Part shown: positions 7,238 through 11,959 of the stretch, one piece after another
Layout of the letters: each line of letters starts with the position of its first letter
Numbering within the stretch: the first letter of the stretch is position 1
Notes under the pieces: model-generated
Told to the model about the DNA's origin: nothing
Databases searched by the model: none
What the model saw: the letters and a program-made list of their open reading frames with translations, nothing else
NCBI GenBank assembly: GCA_041601615.1
Contig: JBFIHX010000023.1
Location: 1 to 11,959 of the forward strand
Length of the DNA: 11,959 nt
Source of the DNA: Thermoplasmatota archaeon
GTDB lineage: Archaea > Thermoplasmatota > E2 > JACPAO01 > JAHFTW01
Direction of reading: 5' to 3'
Position numbers and translations under genes: made by a program

Positions 7238-7729
7238 ATGCGACAAATCATAACCCTAACTCTTATGGCTTTACCGGTACTTATTGCCGGTTGTTTTGGT
7301 GGCGGGGGCGGAGAAAGCATAAATAATGTTGGGGGAGATGAATCGGCAGGAGATGATTCTCCGAGCCAAAATAAAGGCAAATCACCCATTATGCTTTTTA
7401 ATCAAACTATTCTAGTCGGCCCTGGGGTTGATGTTCAAAACTCCTGGGAGTTTACCTTAGAACAAGGATATGAATCAATAACTCTTACAATGGATGAGCT
7501 TGAAGGAGTAACAGTAGGTGACTATTATTTGTCTGTCACAGACCCTCTCGGAAACGAAACGGTTCTTCTCGACTCTCTTGGAGTTCGACTCGGGACAAGA
7601 AATATAGGTCTTGGCGCAGGCTCCGTTCAAAATGGAGCAAACTGGAGCAATCCAATCCCTGGTGAATGGCAAATTAAGGCCCAATCAACAGGAATTTATC
7701 AACAAAAAATCACAATTATCGCAGAATAA
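7238..7729 (+). CDS. Lipoprotein with one PPC/P-domain-like beta-sandwich (163 aa)
   Basis: Lipobox LIAG-C19 and a Gly/Ser/Asp linker. Domain motifs DYYLSVTDPLG and NPIPGEWQIKA resemble pre-peptidase C-terminal domains. GGAG lies upstream. Confidence 0.85.
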   Translation: MRQIITLTLMALPVLIAGCFGGGGGESINNVGGDESAGDDSPSQNKGKSPIMLFNQTILVGPGVDVQNSWEFTLEQGYESITLTMDELEGVTVGDYYLSVTDPLGNETVLLDSLGVRLGTRNIGLGAGSVQNGANWSNPIPGEWQIKAQSTGIYQQKITIIAE

Positions 7730-7744
7730 CCAGGAGTTCAACAG

Positions 7745-8671
7745 ATGAAACCAATCATACCAATCGCAATAACAATGCTAGTTTTGACAAGCCTCATGGC
7801 TGGCTGTCTTGGAAACAGTGAGCCTGAAAAACTAGATGCCCAAGACTTCGACCCTAGTTTGAAAGAGGAAACCAGCGCACCCCATCAATCTGTCGTGGTA
7901 TTCGACGAGATGGTGGAAACCTTCCCTGGCCTAGCTCAAGGCGACACCTGGACCTTTATGGTCCCACAAGGGGCAACTATGCTAGAACTTGATATGGTGG
8001 AGCGCGAAAGCATTACTGTGGGCGATTTTAAAATCTCGGTTGAAGACTCAAATGGGACAGAAATTGTATTACTTGATGCAGTAGGCGTCAGATTTGGCAC
8101 AGAAGGGTCAATGCAGGGCTTCATTCAAAACGGCGCAATTTGGAAGAACCCACAGCCCGGAACCTGGGCAATGCACGTTGAATCAGATGGTCGATTCCAG
8201 CAGCATGTCATTGTGACTGCGACAGTTCCCGTTATCAATGTCGGCTCCGCTATCGGGCCCTCTTCTTCCAGTAACGCGGCCCGGTGGACTCCGCAGGGCG
8301 GCGAATCGGCGGCTTCGAGCCCCATCTATGATGGCGTGGTTGAAGCTGGCCCCGGACTCTCTACGCTTGCAACCGAGAAATTCAAGGTCAGTAATTCGTA
8401 TGATTCCCTGCGGGTTTCCATTGTGCCTCTTGAGGGATTATCTGTGGGATCATGGGAACTCAAGGTCCGTTCTCCTAGTGGGGCGGAGTGGGTGGTTCTG
8501 GAGGAATCTGGCCTACGGTTTGGACAAGCTACCGCTGCCGGAGGGGAGGCGACCAACAACGGCGTGAGCATCGTCGCAGAAAAAGGCGAAAGTCTGGAAC
8601 GCGGCGAATGGCGACTTCGCGTTGAAGCCACTGGCAGTTTTCAACTTCATGTTATTGTCACTGCCGATTAA
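7745..8671 (+). CDS. Lipoprotein with two copies of the same PPC/P-domain-like domain (308 aa)
   Basis: Lipobox LMAG-C21 and RBS AGGAG at 7732-7736. Repeats VGDFKISVEDSNGTEIVLLDAVGVRFG and VGSWELKVRSPSGAEWVVLEESGLRFG, both ending HVIVTA. Confidence 0.88.
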   Translation: MKPIIPIAITMLVLTSLMAGCLGNSEPEKLDAQDFDPSLKEETSAPHQSVVVFDEMVETFPGLAQGDTWTFMVPQGATMLELDMVERESITVGDFKISVEDSNGTEIVLLDAVGVRFGTEGSMQGFIQNGAIWKNPQPGTWAMHVESDGRFQQHVIVTATVPVINVGSAIGPSSSSNAARWTPQGGESAASSPIYDGVVEAGPGLSTLATEKFKVSNSYDSLRVSIVPLEGLSVGSWELKVRSPSGAEWVVLEESGLRFGQATAAGGEATNNGVSIVAEKGESLERGEWRLRVEATGSFQLHVIVTAD

Positions 8672-8681
8672 ATTATGCGGA

Positions 8682-8687
8682 TTTTTT
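8682..8687 (+). terminator. Possible archaeal-type oligo-T terminator
   Basis: T6 run 10 nt after the TAA of the last + strand gene, where gene orientation converges. Confidence 0.4.
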
Positions 8688-8924
8688 CAATCCTGCAAGA
8701 TTCCGGCGTAGCTACCCTTACCCACTCCTCCCCCTCCATATACTTCCGTCCAACGTCGCACCCAGGCTTCCAAGCTCGCCTCGCGCCGATGGCTGCATGC
8801 ATCCACCCTGCGGGAACTTGGCCTTTGTCCAGGGCGGCTTTGACGCCAATCTTGCGTAGTGCCGAGACGACGGCCTTCCCGCTCCACGAACACGGGAAGC
8901 TTGAACTCCCGCGTCCTCCGCCTT

Positions 8925-9170
8925 TCATGACGTTTGCGAGGCGCCCCGGCCTTTTGGTAAGCTTCGATACCAGGACCACGGCAATTCGCGCAGATGCCGC
9001 CACTCTCCGGGTGTCCTCGGCCCCGTCCGGTGACACGGGCACGGCGGCCACGGCGGGTCGAAGCCCACCGTGACCTTCCCCTCCATGCACTCCTGCCGGC
9101 CGCCGTGTTCCGGCAACGGCTCGCCCACGTCCCCCGTGAAGCCCACGCCGCACCTGGACCGCACCGTCAA
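8925..9170 (-). CDS. Small Cys/His-containing hypothetical protein (81 aa)
   Basis: TTG 9170 overlaps the upstream stop (TTGA). Contains C..H..C..CPCH. It is the 3' end of track ORF 8925..9749. Confidence 0.35.
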   Translation of the reverse strand: MTVRSRCGVGFTGDVGEPLPEHGGRQECMEGKVTVGFDPPWPPCPCHRTGPRTPGEWRHLRELPWSWYRSLPKGRGASQTS

Positions 9171-9592
9171 GCACACCACCGACACCACGATCCATGCTCC
9201 GCATCCGGCCACGCTGCCTTCACGTCGCGGTCGCCCTCGTCTTCGTCCAGTTGTTCCATGGCGCCTCGGAACTCTTCGACGCTCATCCACGACGCCGTCA
9301 ACGACTCCACGCGCTCCCGCGTATCTGAACGGAACACGGCGTACTCCTGCGCCCCGTCTGCGCCGGTCGCGTCGTTGAGCAACACCAAGCCCCGCCACGC
9401 AAAGCCCGAGCAACACGTCCATGTCGATTCGGTCAACTGCACGGCCAGCTTGTCCAGGTCCTCGACCTCGCCGACTGCGTGAATGCGATCCTCGTGCCAC
9501 AACCCCTCCGGCCACACCAACCGGGGCCCTGGCTCCGTGCAACCAAGCGCCGCCCGCAGCGCATCGAGGCTCGTGGCCTTCACCACGTCCAT
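9167..9592 (-). CDS. Hypothetical protein (141 aa) with C-terminal H-x3-CxxC
   Basis: RBS GGAGGT (9605-9600) and ATG 9592 in a TGATG overlap. Globular acidic sequence WTCCSGFAWRGLVLLNDATGADGAQEYAVF...VESLTASWM, ending HGSWCRWCA. Confidence 0.8.
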   Translation of the reverse strand: MDVVKATSLDALRAALGCTEPGPRLVWPEGLWHEDRIHAVGEVEDLDKLAVQLTESTWTCCSGFAWRGLVLLNDATGADGAQEYAVFRSDTRERVESLTASWMSVEEFRGAMEQLDEDEGDRDVKAAWPDAEHGSWCRWCA

Positions 9593-10014
9593 CAAATCGA
9601 CCTCCACACCGATTCCGGCCCAAGCCGATGCCCTCGACCGAGAAGGTATTCCAGGTATTCCCGTGCTTGATCTCGGATGCTCCGTGCCACGCCCAGAACC
9701 GGAGCCCCGTCCCGGTCGGTAACACTGTGCCACCCCTGAAGCGATCCATACTCCAACGGCACCGTCAACGATTGCTCCGGGAAGACCTGGACCTTCAATG
9801 CCGGATGCGGAACGCGGTGTCCGTACACCGTCGTCATCTGCCCGAACAGCAAAACCACCGTCACCGGCTCCCCAACCACGACGCCGCGGTGGACAACGGA
9901 CAACAGGACCGGCCGCGACGGCGGTGCCTGACTCACCCGCCGCACCCCTTCTTGTACGTCGGCCACGTCCGGCACGAGGCCCAAGACCGCCCGGTGCAAG
10001 GCGTCCCCGATCAC
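9592..10014 (-). CDS. Hypothetical protein (140 aa), weak by-eye resemblance to DUF1249/DUF6908-like proteins
   Basis: RBS AGGAGGT (10027-10021) and GTG 10014 in a GTGA overlap. The pattern G-x4-P-x-L-x-V-x-V-F-P...EYLEYLLGRGH recalls that family from memory; this is unverified. Confidence 0.7.
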   Translation of the reverse strand: MIGDALHRAVLGLVPDVADVQEGVRRVSQAPPSRPVLLSVVHRGVVVGEPVTVVLLFGQMTTVYGHRVPHPALKVQVFPEQSLTVPLEYGSLQGWHSVTDRDGAPVLGVARSIRDQAREYLEYLLGRGHRLGPESVWRSI

Positions 10015-10319
10015 GAGCCCACCTCCTGCATCGCCAAGCAAAGCGCATCCAACAAGTCGCCGGCTTGAGTCGGGTTCTTCTCGACCCAATCCTCCAAGTC
10101 GTCTAGGTCCCCCATCGGACCCGGCCCACCGTACTCGCCTTCCACTCGCGAGTTCGCCGCGTCGTCCCGGCCTCGCAGCGCCTCGCCGACGAATTGGATC
10201 TTGCCGGCCAGGAGCCGCGCCTCCTCACGTTCCGGGTGCCCTGCGTCGCACGCCTCCAATGCCTTGACGAACGGCCGCCACCACGGCTCTCCTTCCACGG
10301 CCTTTCGAGGCAGCGCCAA
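10011..10319 (-). CDS. Acidic helical hypothetical protein (102 aa, or the C-terminal part of a frameshifted gene)
   Basis: GGAGGT 4 nt before TTG 10319. Helical amphipathic DLDDLEDWVEKNPTQAGDLLDALCLAM. Coupled to the next gene. Confidence 0.65.
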   Translation of the reverse strand: MALPRKAVEGEPWWRPFVKALEACDAGHPEREEARLLAGKIQFVGEALRGRDDAANSRVEGEYGGPGPMGDLDDLEDWVEKNPTQAGDLLDALCLAMQEVGS

Positions 10320-10480
10320 CTCGACCTCCGCCCCGTCCCTGACAACGCGCACCCGCGCTTCGGGTGCCGATCCAGGCGGTGCGCCTCCATCGCCTCCCCG
10401 CGCTGGACCTCCGACGAGTACGGCCCAAAGAGGCGCGGGCATGACCGGCACTCGAAGCCCAGTACGTCACGCCGGCCCAT
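10316..10480 (-). other. C2H2-type zinc-finger coding segment with unresolved 3' end (frame stays open to 10103)
   Basis: From ATG 10480: FECRSCPRLFGPYSSEVQRGEAMEAHRLDRHP, i.e. C-x2-C-x19-H-x4-H. After this the frame becomes an Arg/Ser-rich shadow of the next gene. Confidence 0.55.
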
Positions 10481-10562
10481 GCTCGCACGTCCAGTAGATG
10501 CGACCCGACGCTCCACTGCCGACGACGACCACGCTTGCCCCGCACACGTCGCAGACGCCCAT
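10467..10562 (-). CDS. 31-aa zinc-ribbon-like microprotein (not in the ORF track)
   Basis: MGVCDVCGASVVVVGSGASGRIYWTCEHGPA. RBS GGAGGGAG and a TGATG overlap with the upstream ORF. Confidence 0.55.
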   Translation of the reverse strand: MGVCDVCGASVVVVGSGASGRIYWTCEHGPA

Positions 10563-10675
10563 CAGGCTCCCTCCGAGACCCTCTGCGCTCGCTGCGCGGC
10601 GGCCTGCAACTCCGCTCGAACCTTCCAAGCGCAGTCACACACCACGCAGGGACAGTTCCAGGCATAGCCGTTCAC
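10562..10675 (-). CDS. 37-aa Cys-rich microprotein (not in the ORF track)
   Basis: MNGYAWNCPCVVCDCAWKVRAELQAAAQRAQRVSEGA. GTGA overlap at the 5' end and TGATG at the 3' end. Confidence 0.5.
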   Translation of the reverse strand: MNGYAWNCPCVVCDCAWKVRAELQAAAQRAQRVSEGA

Positions 10676-10926
10676 GCACCCCACCCCCCACACTGGAGGC
10701 GGCGGTTCATGGGCAGGCTGTCGATGCTGTATTTGTCGTGCATCGAGCGGGGCCCCTGGCCCGCAGTGGCACCATCAACCCTCTCCCACACCCACCATCC
10801 TTGACGGGGGAGGGTTGAGGTGCCCGAGGGCTTGCCCCGCTGCACGACACCACCACGAGACAGCCTGCATCCAGAACCGACGACCCGAACCGACCACTGA
10901 CCCCCGACCGCATGGTGACCCGCCAC
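10672..10926 (-). CDS. Doubtful hypothetical protein (84 aa)
   Basis: GTG 10926 follows GAGGAGGAG and lies 2 nt from the upstream TAG. It fills the chain exactly but has no motif. Confidence 0.35.
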   Translation of the reverse strand: MAGHHAVGGQWSVRVVGSGCRLSRGGVVQRGKPSGTSTLPRQGWWVWERVDGATAGQGPRSMHDKYSIDSLPMNRRLQCGGWGA

Positions 10927-10928
10927 GC

Positions 10929-11177
10929 CTACTCCTCCTCGTCCTGCCCGCTCCGGCCCCGGTGCAGCGCCAAGGCATCGTGCAGGGGGCACATCCCTTC
11001 CCGGCACACGCCCTCTGCATCCACGTCACCCAGGCACTCCAGGCACGCTTCATCGTCCCGGTGGCGGTCCTCCATCCAGTCCGCCACCATGTCGAAGGCC
11101 GCTCAAAGCCCGCGCTGCACGACGGTCCGCTGCGCATCTTGGCAACCATCCACCGGGCCACCGGCAGCCTCGGGCAT
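10929..11177 (-). pseudogene. Zinc-binding-like small protein with an in-frame TGA at 11105-11103 (or an intact 53-aa gene from ATG 11090)
   Basis: GGAGG RBS then ATG 11177: MPEAAGGPVDGCQDAQRTVVQRGL*AAFDMVADWMEDRHRDDEACLECLGDVDAEGVCREGMCPLHDALALHRGRSGQDEEE. Confidence 0.5.
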
Positions 11178-11308
11178 CAAGGCCGCCTCCAGCAAGTCTT
11201 AGCAGACAAACCGAACGAGCTCAATCCTCCACGCATTCAATGTCGCTACGCGGATTCCCCGGAAGCTTGGTACTATGCCTGAAGCCTGCCTCGGGGAGGC
11301 GAATTCGG

Positions 11309-11467
11309 GTACGTTTTCAGGCGTCTTGGCGGGGGCCCGGAAACAGGGCACAAACACAAACGTGTACGTTTCTAACACACACCTTGTTAGAGGAGAGTAA
11401 AAGACAGACCCTCTGAAGCGTACACGTTTTCAGGGCAAAATGTGTACGAGGTGTACGCCCTTTTGCC
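11309..11467. repeat. Cluster of short direct and inverted repeats in a lower-GC non-coding segment
   Basis: GTGTACG at 11362, 11442, 11451 and inverted at 11419. An 11-bp inverted repeat at 11358-11368/11419-11429. ACGTTTTCAGG at 11311 and 11424. Hairpin TCTAACA/TGTTAGA at 11371-11391. Confidence 0.7.
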
Positions 11468-11770
11468 GCCGCGAAATCACCAGCAATCGGTATTGGGCAA
11501 GTCAGTCCATGGACACGGATGCTGGTTCCGGATAGACCACCGCCCAAGCACAACAAGCTCCACTTCGGGACGTTGCACGAAGCAACAATGTCGGGGTCGA
11601 AGCGGTAGTTTCAGATGATGATGCGGGGCGCTTATGTGGCCGTGGCGACCGATTCTGGCCTGCGCCGTGGCGACCGGGGCGACTTGGGGCCAAGTGCGCT
11701 TAGAACGCAGGAAAACGCGCTTAACGCCTCGAACTCCGTCCACAACGATCGGGGCGACGAATGAGCCTTG

Positions 11771-11959
11771 TCAACGATCTGGAGCACCCCTGCCGCGCTT
11801 GGTACGGGCGCGGTGGCGGGTGCTGCCGACTTGGCCCCGGCTACTGAAATCAAGTATTTTGGCGGCTTCCTGGCTTGTCATGCGCGGACGGTCTAGGTCG
11901 TCACACAGATAGAAGCACAAGGCTTCAGAGATCGTCAATGGGTGTGACGCATTTGGCAA
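11771..11959 (-). CDS. Sigma70 region 4-like / LuxR-like HTH protein, probably truncated at its 5' end by the window edge
   Basis: LTISEALCFYL...MTSQEAAKILDFSSRGQVGSTRHRARTK matches the pattern LTxxE...MSxxEIAxxLxxSxGxVxSxxHRARxK. Confidence 0.7.
   Translation of the reverse strand: MPNASHPLTISEALCFYLCDDLDRPRMTSQEAAKILDFSSRGQVGSTRHRARTKRGRGAPDR

Larger units (their letters stand above)
8925..11959 (-). mobile_element. Possible part of an integrated virus, plasmid or ICE-like element
   Basis: Co-oriented, coupled small hypothetical and zinc-finger ORFs, an HTH gene, a repeat cluster and a GC step near 8700-8900. No integrase, att site or structural gene is visible in the window. Confidence 0.35.

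Noticed and set aside
2747-8699. TCAATTTGCAAG (2747) and TCAATCCTGCAAG (8687) as att sites or a target duplication for the low-GC block
   Set aside because: Short and imperfect, with no integrase or tRNA nearby, and the left copy does not coincide with the compositional edge.
9644-9661. Tandem AGGTATTCC x2
   Set aside because: It simply encodes EYLEYL in the - strand gene.
8668-11282. + strand ORFs and long 5' extensions of - strand ORFs (e.g. 9167..10048, 8925..9749, 10815..11282)
   Set aside because: Pro/Arg/His-rich shadows. The shorter - strand calls have RBSs and tile without conflict.
11309-11467. CRISPR array or tRNA
   Set aside because: The repeats are only 7-11 bp with irregular spacing, and there is no cloverleaf or T-loop consensus.

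Overview
The window has no housekeeping gene, RNA gene or CRISPR array. It looks prokaryotic and probably archaeal (Thermoplasmatota-like). That placement is inferred from GGAG/GGAGGTG ribosome-binding sites, a tandem winged-HTH regulator, [LI/LM]AGC lipoproteins and many tiny Cys/His proteins. There are three blocks. (1) 71-2307 is GC-rich: a small secreted protein, a signal-peptide/ectodomain/TM/TPR-like membrane protein, and a convergent ribbon-helix-helix-like gene. (2) About 2350-8690 is a lower-GC + strand block: three small ORFs sharing a D-x-G-x4-W motif, a double wHTH regulator, four coupled secreted Cys-rich proteins and two paralogous lipoproteins with three copies of a PPC-like domain. 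Three of the four secreted proteins share a C-x10-C-[TN]GG loop, and two carry long (GGX)n tracts. This cluster is the best candidate for an undescribed system, possibly a disulfide-stapled polyglycine-II surface fibre or coat with lipoprotein anchors. (3) 8925-11959 is a GC-rich - strand chain of coupled small ORFs, several of them zinc-finger-like and missed by the ORF track. It has two apparent lesions, an upstream cluster of GTGTACG repeats and a sigma70-region-4-like HTH gene at the edge, consistent with an integrated element. All product calls come from reading motifs by eye; no searches were run.
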